This document shows positions 9,431 through 19,063 of a stretch of 64,000 nucleotides of DNA, in pieces. Made by a program: the position numbers and the translations under genes. How positions within the stretch are numbered: position 1 is the first letter of the stretch; each line of letters starts with the position of its first letter. The stretch covers positions 1,364,001 to 1,428,000 of the forward strand of contig NZ_CP134949.1 in assembly GCF_032116555.1 (NCBI RefSeq), read 5' to 3'. The notes under the pieces are model-generated. The model saw only the letters and a program-made list of their open reading frames with translations. It was not told the DNA's origin and made no database searches. Origin of the DNA: Halorarum halobium. Lineage in GTDB: Archaea > Halobacteriota > Halobacteria > Halobacteriales > Haloferacaceae.

Positions 9431-10576
9431 ATGCGAACCGTCGACGCCGCGGGCCTCGGAATCGGCGACGAACACCCGCCCCGGATCATGGGCGTGCTCA
9501 ACGTCTCCGCGGAGTCGCCCTACTCCCCGAGCGTGTTCGACGACCCGGGCGAGGCGGCCGCCTACGTGGACGAGGAGCTGATCGACGAGGGCGCGGACGT
9601 CGTCGACGTCGGCCTCGAATCGGCGAACAAGCGCTTCGAGGTGCTCTCGGCGGAACAGGAACTCGACCGGCTCGACACTGCGGTCGAGACCGTCGAGTCC
9701 GTCTCGGGCGACGCCGTGTTCTCCATCGAGACGCGCTACCACGAGGTCGCCGACGCCGCGCTCTCGCGCGGGTTCGACATGGTGAACGACATCTGCGGCT
9801 TCGCCGACCCGGAAATGCCCGCGACCTGCGAGGAGTACGACGCCGCCGTGGCGAAGATGGCCTCGCCCCCCGACCTCGAACGCCCCGGCGCGGTGGAGGA
9901 CGTGGACGACATCTACGAGGCGCTCTCGCTCAACGGCTTCACCGAGAAGACCATCCTCGACCCGGCGTTCGGCGGCTGGTCGGAGGCGAAGACGACCGCG
10001 GACGACCGCGAGACGTTCCGCAGGCTCCGGGAGTTCCGCGGCTACGGCCGACCGCTGCTCGTCTCCATCAACCGCAAGAACTTCCTCCGCGAGGTCGCCG
10101 GCCGCGACACCGAGGACGCGCTGCCCGTCTCGCTGGCCGCGACGTCGATGGCCGTCGAGCGCGGCGCACACGTGATCCGAACGCACGACGTGGCCGAGAC
10201 GCGCGACGCCGCTCTCATCGGCGAGGCGTTCGCGGGGGACCGGGTCCGCCGGGACGGCGACGTCTCGGTGGAGGAACTCGACGTGACCACGCCTGACGAG
10301 GCGCGACGGCACCTCGACCGCCTCGGCGGCGACGCCGAACGCGCGGCGGACGCCGTGACGCGGGTGTTCGAGTTCGACGGCCTCTCGGCCGAGGAGGCGG
10401 GCGCGTTCCGGGCCGGCGCGGCAGAATCGGGTGCAGTCGCCGTGATCGGCGCGGAGGGAACGGCGGCGCTGTTGATCGGCACTCCCGCGGACCTCGAACG
10501 GGCTGGATCGGCGATATCGGGCGTCTCCACCGCTCTCGACGCCGCTCTCGGCCCGCTCGTCACCTCGGCCGAGTGA
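9431..10576 (+). CDS. folP: Dihydropteroate synthase with C-terminal extra domain
   Basis: IMGVLNVSAES, LDPAFGG, SINRKNFL, VIRTHDVAE. Confidence 0.9.
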   Translation: MRTVDAAGLGIGDEHPPRIMGVLNVSAESPYSPSVFDDPGEAAAYVDEELIDEGADVVDVGLESANKRFEVLSAEQELDRLDTAVETVESVSGDAVFSIETRYHEVADAALSRGFDMVNDICGFADPEMPATCEEYDAAVAKMASPPDLERPGAVEDVDDIYEALSLNGFTEKTILDPAFGGWSEAKTTADDRETFRRLREFRGYGRPLLVSINRKNFLREVAGRDTEDALPVSLAATSMAVERGAHVIRTHDVAETRDAALIGEAFAGDRVRRDGDVSVEELDVTTPDEARRHLDRLGGDAERAADAVTRVFEFDGLSAEEAGAFRAGAAESGAVAVIGAEGTAALLIGTPADLERAGSAISGVSTALDAALGPLVTSAE

Positions 10577-10660
10577 GAAAACTTATACCATCAGCCCCGG
10601 TACGACCGGCTGGAAGCCGGAAGGGCGCTACGGGTAGGGGTACTTGGGTGCGCTTCCGGC
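10577..10660 (+). ncRNA. Candidate small structured RNA (TATA box plus stem enclosing a G4 pattern)
   Basis: gaaaacttata at 10577-10587; stem GCCGGAAG/CTTCCGGC at 10616-10660 enclosing four G-runs. Confidence 0.5.
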
Positions 10661-10712
10661 CCAAACCGTATCTTTGACTGCCGAGCGGTGCATCCACCCG
10701 GTAGTGACGACC

Positions 10713-11387
10713 ATGGAGTTCGCCGAGTGGGAGCCGATCTACGAGCGGATTCTGGCCGACTTCGGCTACGACCGGGCCGGCGACGAGTCGATCCGTGACC
10801 GGCTGGCCGCGCTCGCGGAGCCGTTCGACCTCGACCGCCTGGACTGTACGGGACTGACGGTCGCGGTCGCCGGTGCCGGCCCGTCGCTGGAGTCGGACCT
10901 CGACCTCGCCCGCGGGGCCGACCGCGTCTTCGCCGCCTCCACCGCGACCGACAGGCTCGTCGACGCCGGCGTCGCGGTCGACGCCATGGTCACGGACCTG
11001 GACAAGAACCCCGAAACCGGGCTCGAACGCACCGAACGCGGGGAGCCAGTCGTCGCGCACGCTCACGGCGACAACGGCGACCTGGTGGACGAGTGGCTCC
11101 CGCGGTACGACTCCGCGCACGTGCTGGCGACGACCCAGGCGGCCCCTGCCGGCCCGGTTCGCAACTTCGGCGGGTTCACCGACGGCGACCGGGCGGCGTT
11201 CCTCGCGGACGCGCTCGGTGCCGATGCCCTCCGGTTTCCCGGCTGGGACTTCGAGGACGGTTCCCTCACGCCGGGGAAGGCCCGGAAGCTGCGGTGGGCC
11301 GAGCGTCTGCTGTACCTGCTCGAACGCCGCCGAGGCGAACGGTTCGCCGTCCTCGACGGACGGCGGGAGGCCATCGACGCCCTCTGA
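10713..11387 (+). CDS. mptE: 6-hydroxymethyl-7,8-dihydropterin pyrophosphokinase MptE-like
   Basis: AGAGPSL, MVTDLD, HAHGDN, NFGGFTDGDRAAF, KARKLRWA. Confidence 0.85.
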   Translation: MEFAEWEPIYERILADFGYDRAGDESIRDRLAALAEPFDLDRLDCTGLTVAVAGAGPSLESDLDLARGADRVFAASTATDRLVDAGVAVDAMVTDLDKNPETGLERTERGEPVVAHAHGDNGDLVDEWLPRYDSAHVLATTQAAPAGPVRNFGGFTDGDRAAFLADALGADALRFPGWDFEDGSLTPGKARKLRWAERLLYLLERRRGERFAVLDGRREAIDAL

Positions 11388-11461
11388 GGGACCGACCCGC
11401 ACTCGCCTGCCTAAAACATATTTTAGCGGACACTTATCCGGACGAGGCCGGAACGGACGGT

Positions 11462-12070
11462 ATGGTTCAGGAGACCGAGTTCGGGACGACCATCGTCGGC
11501 CTCGTCGCCGACGGCCGGGTCGTTCTCGCGTCTGACCGGCGTGCGAGCGCCGGCGGCATGGTGGCGAGCAAACGGGCGGACAAGGTGTTCCCCATCGGCG
11601 ACCGCGCGGCGCTGGCGTTCACCGGCGCGGTCGGCGACGCACAGGGGCTGGTCCGGACGCTCGAAAGCGAGGTCAGGCTGTACGAGACGCGTCGGAACGC
11701 GGCGATGTCGGTCCCGGCGCTCGCGTCAGTGACCGCGAGCACGATGCGGGAGAACCCAGTTCGGGTCCAGCACGTCCTCGGCGGCGTCGACGCCGACGGC
11801 CCCCACCTCTACACGTTCGACGCCGCCGGCGGGGTGCTCGAACAACCGTACGCCGCGGACGGGTCGGGCGGCCCCACGGCCTACGGCGTGCTGGAGAACG
11901 AGTACCGGGAGGACGTCTCGGTCGAGGCGGCGCGCGCACTCGCCGGGCGAGCCGTGGCGGCCGCCTCCGAGCGCGACCTCGCGTCCGGTAACGGACTCGC
12001 CGTCGCAACCGTCGACGAGAAGTCGGTCGAACTCGACCGCTACGACGACCCCGCGGCCGTCGCGTCGTAG
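11462..12070 (+). CDS. psmB: Proteasome beta-type subunit paralog
   Basis: G/TTIVG processing site, ASDRRA, GAVGDAQ, GSGG, ERDLASGNG. Confidence 0.85.
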   Translation: MVQETEFGTTIVGLVADGRVVLASDRRASAGGMVASKRADKVFPIGDRAALAFTGAVGDAQGLVRTLESEVRLYETRRNAAMSVPALASVTASTMRENPVRVQHVLGGVDADGPHLYTFDAAGGVLEQPYAADGSGGPTAYGVLENEYREDVSVEAARALAGRAVAAASERDLASGNGLAVATVDEKSVELDRYDDPAAVAS

Positions 12071-13149
12071 TCCTCGGCGTCGTCGGTCGAGGTCGGCCCC
12101 GGCTCAGCGCGAGTCCGGTCGGCGTCGGCCGCCCCGTCGTCGTCGATCGACACCTCCCCGTCAGTCGATCCTTCCTCCTCGATCGGCCCCTCCTTATCGA
12201 TCGATTCCTCTTCGTCAGTCGACCCCTCGTCGACGGTCACCCGCTCCACGTCGACGACGGTCGGTCCATCCCCGACGAGCAGCCCGAGCGTTTCCCCGCC
12301 GAGCCGGATCCGCACCCTCACGGCCGGTGGATCCTCGGACAGCACCGTTTCGCTCCACTCGGAGCCCAGGTTCCAGATCGGCCGGTCGCGGATCGACCCG
12401 CCGTGTTCCCGGAAGAACGCGACGGCTTCGGGGTGGCTCGTGACCGCGAGCGACACCGGGGCGCGCACCCGGAAGTCACAGTCCGAACACCGGCCGGCGA
12501 GCACCGGTCGCCGCTCGTCCCCGGGAAGCGCCGGCGTCTCGACGAACGTGATCTCGGCCCCGGCGCGGCCCGCACAGTCCGGGCAGACGCCCTCCGCGAG
12601 CAGGCCGAACCTGTGCCGATGGTGCGCGTCGAACGCAGCCGCCGTCTCCGCCGCGTCGCGGTCGCGGGAGCCGCTCGGCGGGAACGGCAGCGAGAGGAGT
12701 TCCGTCCCGCACCCGGTGCAGGCGACGGCGACGAAGTTGTCCGCGACGCGGGCTTCCAGGCTCGGTTCACCACAGACCGGGCAGTCGCCCTCGATCGGCT
12801 CCGGGTCGCGGGTGACCTGCTCGGTGTAGGTGCCGGCCGCGAGCGCCCGGGCCGCCTGCCGGCCGGCGTACGTGAGCCGGTAGCGCTCCGTCTCCTCGTC
12901 CTTCCGGACGAACCGGTCCACGAGCTGCCGGAGGTGGTACGCGAAGCCGGCGCTCGTCTCCTCGTCGCTCGCCTCGAACAGCTCCGTGAACGTCGGCGGC
13001 TCGTCGGCGTCCGCGAGCGTCCGAAGCACGCGCAGGCGGGTGTCGTTGCCCAGCGCCGCAAAGGCGTCGTCCGCGTTCGCGTCCGGGGCCAGTTCCCCTC
13101 CGTCGCCCGGTCCGGCGTCCGCGCGTTCGGTCGACTCCGCGTCCGTCAC
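12040..13149 (-). CDS. ArsR-like wHTH regulator with multiple CxxC Zn-ribbons
   Basis: AFAALGNDTRLRVL, FAYHLRQL, CPVC/CTGC/CPDC/CSDC; GTG start overlaps the upstream stop. Confidence 0.8.
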   Translation of the reverse strand: MTDAESTERADAGPGDGGELAPDANADDAFAALGNDTRLRVLRTLADADEPPTFTELFEASDEETSAGFAYHLRQLVDRFVRKDEETERYRLTYAGRQAARALAAGTYTEQVTRDPEPIEGDCPVCGEPSLEARVADNFVAVACTGCGTELLSLPFPPSGSRDRDAAETAAAFDAHHRHRFGLLAEGVCPDCAGRAGAEITFVETPALPGDERRPVLAGRCSDCDFRVRAPVSLAVTSHPEAVAFFREHGGSIRDRPIWNLGSEWSETVLSEDPPAVRVRIRLGGETLGLLVGDGPTVVDVERVTVDEGSTDEEESIDKEGPIEEEGSTDGEVSIDDDGAADADRTRAEPGPTSTDDAEDYDATAAGSS

Positions 13150-14144
13150 GGCGCCAGCACCTCCATCGTGGTCCGGATCCCCTCCCGGTCGGCCTCGCGC
13201 GGGAAGCCGACCGTGAGCGCGTCGACGCCGTCGATCCCGGCGAACTCGGCCAGCCGCTCGCGCGCCTCGTCGGGGGTCCCCGCGACCGCGAGGTCCCCGA
13301 GCAGATCGTCGCCGAGCGCGCCCATCGCGGCGCGCCGGTCGCCGTCGTTCCAGTTATCGTACACGGCGTGGGCGGTGTCCTCGTACCCCTGCCGGGCGAG
13401 CGCGTCGCGGTAGAACGTTCCCATGCCGCCGATGTAGAAGCAGAGGTGCTGGCGAACTTGCTCGCGAGCGCGGTCGCCGTCCTCGTCGACGTAGCAGGTG
13501 AGCGACATCGTCACCCGCGCGTCCTCGGGGTCGCGGTCGCCGAGGTCCGCGCCGCGTCGGAAGTCGTCGAGCCGGTCCTGGAGCCCCTCGGGCGTGAGCA
13601 TGAGCGCGTGCCAGCCGTCGGCAAAGCGCCCCGCCAGCTCAACGGACTTTGGCCCCATCCCGGCCGCGTCCACGGGCGGGGGGATCTCGGGCGGCCCCTG
13701 GCGGAGTCGGAACCCGCCGAGCCGGAACACGTCGCCGTCGTAGCGCACCTCCTCGCCCGAGACGACGCGCCTGAGGATCTCGACGTACTCGCGGGTCCGC
13801 TTCAGGGGCCGGTCGAACTCCACGCCGTGCCAGTTCCGAATCACCGCCGGCCCGGAGGGACCCAGACCCACGCGGAACCGTCCGTCGCTGGCCTCCTGGA
13901 GGGTTGCGGCGGTCTGGCCGACGAGCGTCGGCGAGCGGGAGTAGACGTTGAGGATGGAGGCTCCGAGCCCGACGTCGTCGGTTCGCTCCGCCGCGAGCGC
14001 GAGCGTCGTGACGCCGTCCCGACCCCACGTTTCCGGGAGCCAGACGCGGTCGTAGCCGTGGTCCTCGGCCGCCTCCGCGAGCGAGACGACGTCCTCGAGC
14101 GAGGGCTGGGCCGCGACCGGCAGCGAGACGTCCAGTTCGGTCAT
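13146..14144 (-). CDS. LLM-class F420-dependent oxidoreductase
   Basis: VWLPETWGRD, GRFRVGLGPS, GPKSVELAGRFADGW. Confidence 0.85.
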   Translation of the reverse strand: MTELDVSLPVAAQPSLEDVVSLAEAAEDHGYDRVWLPETWGRDGVTTLALAAERTDDVGLGASILNVYSRSPTLVGQTAATLQEASDGRFRVGLGPSGPAVIRNWHGVEFDRPLKRTREYVEILRRVVSGEEVRYDGDVFRLGGFRLRQGPPEIPPPVDAAGMGPKSVELAGRFADGWHALMLTPEGLQDRLDDFRRGADLGDRDPEDARVTMSLTCYVDEDGDRAREQVRQHLCFYIGGMGTFYRDALARQGYEDTAHAVYDNWNDGDRRAAMGALGDDLLGDLAVAGTPDEARERLAEFAGIDGVDALTVGFPREADREGIRTTMEVLAP

Positions 14145-14366
14145 ACCCCCGAGAAGTCGGGCGTCGCGTAAGAAACCTCCCCCTCCGGGACCGTGGCGAC
14201 CGGAATCGGGAGGGTGGGTCGAGCGGCATCAGGAGCGGGGACCGACCGGCATGGGAGCGGGGACCGAAGGGAGAGAACGCGGACGGCGTGTCGATGTTCG
14301 TGATCGGACCGTCGCGCGGCCGGCGTGACAGAAGCGTTAGGGGCCGTGCGTTCGTGTGCCCCGACG

Positions 14367-15785
14367 ATGCGACTGTTCTGGCACCGGCGCGACCTCCGGC
14401 TCGCCGACAACATCGGGCTCGCCGAGGCGGCGTCCGGCGACACCGTCGTCCCGGTCTTCGTCTTCGACGACGACGTGCTCGCGCACGCGAGCGACGCCCG
14501 CGTGCGCTTCATGCTCGACGCGCTCGCCGAGGTGCGCGAGCGCTACCGGGAGCGCGGCTCGGACCTCCTCGCGGTCCGTGGCGATCCGGCAGAGGCGCTT
14601 CCGGGACTGGCGGCGACCCACGAGGCCGACTCGGTGTACTGGAACGTGGACTATTCCGGGCTCGCCCGCGAGCGCGACTCGGCCGTGGGGCGCGCGCTCG
14701 ACGAGGCTGGCCTCGGCCGCGAGACGTTCCACGACGCGGTCCACCACGAACCGGGCGAGATCACGACGAACGAGGGGGAGCCGTACTCGGTGTACACCTA
14801 CTTCTGGCGGAAGTGGCGCGACCGCGGGAAGGACGCGGCCGTTCCCGCGCCCGGCGCGGACGCGCTCGCGGACGTGTCGGGCGACCCGCTCCCGGCGATC
14901 GACGACCTCGGGTTCTCGGAGCCCGATGCGGACGTGCGGACGGCCGGGACGGCCACGGCCCGCGAGCGGCTGGCGTCGTTTTGCGACGGGCCGATCTTCG
15001 AGTACGCGGAGTCGCGCGACTACCCGGCGCGGGAGGGGACCTCACGGCTCTCGACGGACCTCAAGTGGGGAACGATCGGCGTGCGCGAGGTGTCCGAGGC
15101 GACGGCGGACGCCGCCGAGGAGGCGGCCGAATCCGGCGACGACGCCGCGGTCGAGTCCGTCGAGGAGTTCCGATCACAGCTCGCCTGGCGGGAGTTTTAC
15201 GAGCAGGTCCTCTGGGCGAACCCGAACGTCGTCTCCGCGAACTTCAGGTCCTACGAGCAGCCCATCGGGTGGCGGGAGGACGACGAGGACCTTCGGGCCT
15301 GGAAGGAGGGACGGACCGGCTACCCCATCGTCGACGCCGGCATGCGCCAGCTCCGGGAGGAAGCGTACATGCACAACCGGCTCAGGATGATCGTCGCCTC
15401 CTTTCTCACGAAGGACCTCCGCATCGACTGGCGGGAGGGGTACGCCCACTTCCGCGACCTGCTTGCGGACCACGACACCGCCAACGACACCGGCGGCTGG
15501 CAGTGGGCCGACTCGACCGGCACGGACGCCCAGCCGTACTTCCGCGTGTTCAACCCCGTCACGCAGGGCGAACGCTACGACCCCGACGCCGAGTACATCA
15601 GACGGTACGTGCCCGCGTTCGAGGGCGTGCCGGCCGAGGAGATCCACGGCTGGACCGACCTCACCGGCGAGCAGCGCGAGCGGACCGCCGACCACCCGCA
15701 CCTCATCGTCGACCACTCGGAGGCGCGGGAGGCGGCCATCGAGATGTTCGAGCGCGCCCGCGGGGACGGCAAGGAGTCGGACTGA
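14367..15785 (+). CDS. phr: Deoxyribodipyrimidine photolyase (class I CPD)
   Basis: WHRRDLRLADN, TSRLS, GRTGYPIVDAGMRQL, MHNRLRM, YFRVFNP. Confidence 0.92.
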   Translation: MRLFWHRRDLRLADNIGLAEAASGDTVVPVFVFDDDVLAHASDARVRFMLDALAEVRERYRERGSDLLAVRGDPAEALPGLAATHEADSVYWNVDYSGLARERDSAVGRALDEAGLGRETFHDAVHHEPGEITTNEGEPYSVYTYFWRKWRDRGKDAAVPAPGADALADVSGDPLPAIDDLGFSEPDADVRTAGTATARERLASFCDGPIFEYAESRDYPAREGTSRLSTDLKWGTIGVREVSEATADAAEEAAESGDDAAVESVEEFRSQLAWREFYEQVLWANPNVVSANFRSYEQPIGWREDDEDLRAWKEGRTGYPIVDAGMRQLREEAYMHNRLRMIVASFLTKDLRIDWREGYAHFRDLLADHDTANDTGGWQWADSTGTDAQPYFRVFNPVTQGERYDPDAEYIRRYVPAFEGVPAEEIHGWTDLTGEQRERTADHPHLIVDHSEAREAAIEMFERARGDGKESD

Positions 15786-15851
15786 ACCGACGTCGTCGTC
15801 GCCGCTTGCCCGCCGCGACACGACTTTCTCCCCTCCGTCCGAGTCGGGGGT

Positions 15852-16454
15852 ATGGACGTCGACGTGCTGCTGTTCGAGGGGTTCGACGAACTGGACGCTG
15901 TCGGCCCGTTCGAGGTGTTCCGCACCGCCGCGGCCGAGGGTGCCGACTTCGACACGCGACTCGTCTCCATGGAGGGTCCGGGGACGGTGACCGCGAGCCA
16001 CGGGATGCGCGTGGAGGCAGAGGCCGCGCTGGGGGACCCCGGTGAGGTCGACCTGCTCGTCGTCCCCGGCGGCGGGTGGAACGACCGGAGCGACGCCGGC
16101 GCGTGGGCCGAGTACGAGCGCGGCGCAATCCCGGACGCCGTCGCCGCCCATCACGGGGCCGGGGCGACGGTCGCCTCCGTCTGTACGGGCGGGATGCTGC
16201 TCTCGAAGGCGGGGGTCCTCGCCGGCAGGCCGGCGGTGACCCACGGGAGCGCGCTGGCCGACCTCCGGGAGACGGACGCGGAGGTACGCGAGGAGCGCGT
16301 CGTCGACGACGGCGACGTGCTCACCGCCGGCGGCGTCACCTCGGGCATCGACCTCGCGCTCCACCTCGTCGAGCGCGAGGCGAGCGCCGAGGTCGCCGAC
16401 GCGGTGGCGACGGTCCTCGAGTACGAGCGCAGACACGAGACGTTCTCGCCGTAG
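15852..16454 (+). CDS. DJ-1/PfpI family protein
   Basis: GFDELD, VVPGG, SVCTG, TAGGVTSGID. Confidence 0.9.
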   Translation: MDVDVLLFEGFDELDAVGPFEVFRTAAAEGADFDTRLVSMEGPGTVTASHGMRVEAEAALGDPGEVDLLVVPGGGWNDRSDAGAWAEYERGAIPDAVAAHHGAGATVASVCTGGMLLSKAGVLAGRPAVTHGSALADLRETDAEVREERVVDDGDVLTAGGVTSGIDLALHLVEREASAEVADAVATVLEYERRHETFSP

Positions 16455-16484
16455 CGGGGTGGAGCGCCCGGTCGGCGGAGGTCG

Positions 16485-17642
16485 CTACGAACGGGCGACC
16501 GGGATCACCGAGACGGCGGCCAGCACCGCGACCACGGCGAGCCCGTACCACCCGACCGCGTAGCCCGCGGTGTCCGCGAGGTAGCCGAACGCGGGCGGGG
16601 CCAGCAGGCCGCCGAGGTTGAGCGCCGTCTGGCCGCCGGCGGTCGCCGCGCCCACCTCCTCGTCCGGCACGAGCGCGGTGAGGCAGGCGTAGTAGACGCC
16701 GGGGAAGCCGAGGACGACGAGTCCCAGCGCGAGGAAGGCGACGGCCGCCGGGACGGGCGTGCCGGCGAGCGTGACCGCGAGGAACCCGACCGCCGTCAGT
16801 GCGGACTGACAGACCAGGACGAGCGCGCTCGCCCCGGCGTCGCCGGGGAGGCGGTCCGCCACCGCGCCGCCGCCGAGGCGGCCCAGGCTCCCGGTCACCT
16901 GCAGGCCGGCGAACGTGGCGCCGGCGAAGGCGGCCGTGGCTGCGACGGTCGAGTCGCGCATGTACACGACGACGTAGCCGGTCGTGGTGAACACCGCCGC
17001 GCCGAGGAAGAAGCCGGCGAGCAACAGCCCACGGTAACCCGGGCCGCCGAGCAGGCTCCGCACGTCCGGGACCGAGAGGGTGCCGCTCCCGGGTCGGCCC
17101 TCGTAGCCGCGTGCGAACGCGAGCGCGACGACCCCCGCGACGGCAGCGGCGACGAGAAAGCCCGTCCGCCAGTCGCCGTTCGTCCCGGCGGCGGTGACGA
17201 GTAGCGCCGACAGGCCCGAACCGGCGGTGACGCCGACCTGCTTGACGTTCATCGCGACGTTCCGCCGGCCCTCGGGGGCGACGACGAGCACCGCCCTGTT
17301 CGTCGCCGGCATCGCCGTGGCGTACGCCAGGCCGACGAAGACGAGCGCGGCCAGCAGCAGCGGGAACGTCGGCGCGAGGGCGACGGCGACCGAACCGACG
17401 CCGAGCAGCGTCAGGCCGACCAGCATCGCCGGGTATTCGCCGTAGGCGTCGACGGCCGCACCCGCGCCCCAGAGCGCGACGGTGTAGCCGAGCATCACGG
17501 CAGTCACTGCGACGCCCGTCAGGAACCCCGAGAGGCCGAACCCCTCGCTGATGAACCCCGTCGAGGCGAACACGGCATAAAAGCAGAGGCTCGCCGTCAC
17601 CTGCCAGCCGCCGACGAGTCCGACGCCGCGCCACCCCTTCAC
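16485..17642 (-). CDS. MFS transporter
   Basis: About 12 hydrophobic segments; GAAVDAYG and GAVADRLP motif-A-like loops. Confidence 0.85.
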   Translation of the reverse strand: MKGWRGVGLVGGWQVTASLCFYAVFASTGFISEGFGLSGFLTGVAVTAVMLGYTVALWGAGAAVDAYGEYPAMLVGLTLLGVGSVAVALAPTFPLLLAALVFVGLAYATAMPATNRAVLVVAPEGRRNVAMNVKQVGVTAGSGLSALLVTAAGTNGDWRTGFLVAAAVAGVVALAFARGYEGRPGSGTLSVPDVRSLLGGPGYRGLLLAGFFLGAAVFTTTGYVVVYMRDSTVAATAAFAGATFAGLQVTGSLGRLGGGAVADRLPGDAGASALVLVCQSALTAVGFLAVTLAGTPVPAAVAFLALGLVVLGFPGVYYACLTALVPDEEVGAATAGGQTALNLGGLLAPPAFGYLADTAGYAVGWYGLAVVAVLAAVSVIPVARS

Positions 17643-17764
17643 GGCAGGGTGGACGGCCGGCAGGTACCTTCCCCCTTCGGTGACGGCGGGCCTCGCCGGT
17701 GGCTGGACAGGAGCGACGGCGTCCGTGGGGCCCGCGCGTGGCGTGCTAGCAATCCCTTTCTCAA

Positions 17765-17803
17765 AGTTTAACAGCTATCCGAATCATCTAGACGGCGAGG
17801 TGA
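17765..17803 (+). promoter_or_regulatory. sod promoter TATA box and Shine-Dalgarno
   Basis: aagtttaac at about 17764-17772; GAGGTGA just upstream of ATG 17808. Confidence 0.55.
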
Positions 17804-17807
17804 TTCC

Positions 17808-18410
17808 ATGAGTGAGTACGAACTCGATCCGTTACCGTACGAGTACGACGCGCTGGAACCGCACATCAGCGAGCAGGTGCTGACGTGGCACCACGACACG
17901 CACCATCAGGGGTACGTCAACGGCTGGAACGCGGCGGAAGAAACCCTTGCAGAGAACCGTAAATCCGGAGAGTTCGGGTCGTCGCCGGGAGCGATCCGGA
18001 ACGTGACGCACAACTCGTCGGGGCACATCCTGCACGACCTGTTCTGGCAGAACATGAGCCCGGAGGGCGGCGACGAGCCGTCGGGTGCGCTCGCCGACCG
18101 GATCGCCGAGGACTTCGGTTCCTACGAGGCGTGGAAGGGCGAGTTCGAGGCCGCCGCGGGCAACGCCTCGGGCTGGGCGCTGCTCGTCTACGACACGTTC
18201 TCGAACCAACTGCGCAACGTCGTGGTGGACAAGCACGATCAGGGCGCGATCTGGGGCGGTCACCCCATCCTCGCGCTCGACGTGTGGGAACACTCCTACT
18301 ACTACGACTACGGCCCCGCCCGCGGCGACTTCGTCGACGCGTTCTTCGAAGTCGTCGACTGGGAGGAACCCGCAGCCCGCTACGACCAGGCCACCCAACT
18401 GTTCGAGTAA
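17808..18410 (+). CDS. sod: Mn/Fe superoxide dismutase
   Basis: HHDTHHQGYV, HNSSGHILH, DVWEHSYY. Confidence 0.97.
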   Translation: MSEYELDPLPYEYDALEPHISEQVLTWHHDTHHQGYVNGWNAAEETLAENRKSGEFGSSPGAIRNVTHNSSGHILHDLFWQNMSPEGGDEPSGALADRIAEDFGSYEAWKGEFEAAAGNASGWALLVYDTFSNQLRNVVVDKHDQGAIWGGHPILALDVWEHSYYYDYGPARGDFVDAFFEVVDWEEPAARYDQATQLFE

Positions 18411-18512
18411 CGTCCTCGAACGCGCGTCGAGCTCCGACTTTTCTTTCCGCAGTGGGGTCGAACGAGTCACGGTCGGTCCCGAGCCCGCAGCGTCCGGGAC
18501 AGCGACGACGAG

Positions 18513-18923
18513 TTACTCGCCGGGACCGGCGAGGTCGAACCGATCCACCGCCCCCGTCAGGTCCGCGATGCGGGCTGCGAGCCCGTCGAAGTCGTAGTTT
18601 CCGTCCGGGTCGAAGCTGGCGAGCACGCCCACGTGGCCGTCGCCGACCCGCTCGAACGTCCGGAACTGGGTGAAGGCGTCGAACGCGCGGACGGTGTAAT
18701 TGTAGCCAGTGTAGTGGAGTTCCTCGAACGTCCGGCGGGTGATGTAGCCGTAGCGTTCGTTGTCCAGATACTCCGCGACGTCGACGTCGGCCACGCGCCG
18801 CTCCACGTCGTCCCGCACGTACAGCGGTTCGTGGGTCTCCTGGTCGAACAGCCAGGCGTCACGGAGCGCCTCGCCGCCGAACTCCCGGAGTCTCCCCCGG
18901 AGTTCATCCTTCGGCTCGTCCAT
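18513..18923 (-). CDS. Hypothetical protein
   Basis: Acidic ORF from ATG 18923 with host-like codon usage; LYVRDDV segment. Confidence 0.7.
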   Translation of the reverse strand: MDEPKDELRGRLREFGGEALRDAWLFDQETHEPLYVRDDVERRVADVDVAEYLDNERYGYITRRTFEELHYTGYNYTVRAFDAFTQFRTFERVGDGHVGVLASFDPDGNYDFDGLAARIADLTGAVDRFDLAGPGE

Positions 18924-19063
18924 GCTACGGAACGCCAAACAATGTCGGTTGAAAACCGTTCCGGGTCGCAGTCGGCCCCGCCAGCGACCCGGGCGACGGG
19001 ACCGATTCGACCGAGTAGACCGCATCCGTCGGTATTTACGGGCGGGAACGCGAACTGCCGGAC

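Noticed and set aside
14200..14275. G-rich ~22-bp direct repeat upstream of the photolyase gene
   Set aside because: Only two copies with no closing stem; plausibly a local duplication in GC-rich DNA
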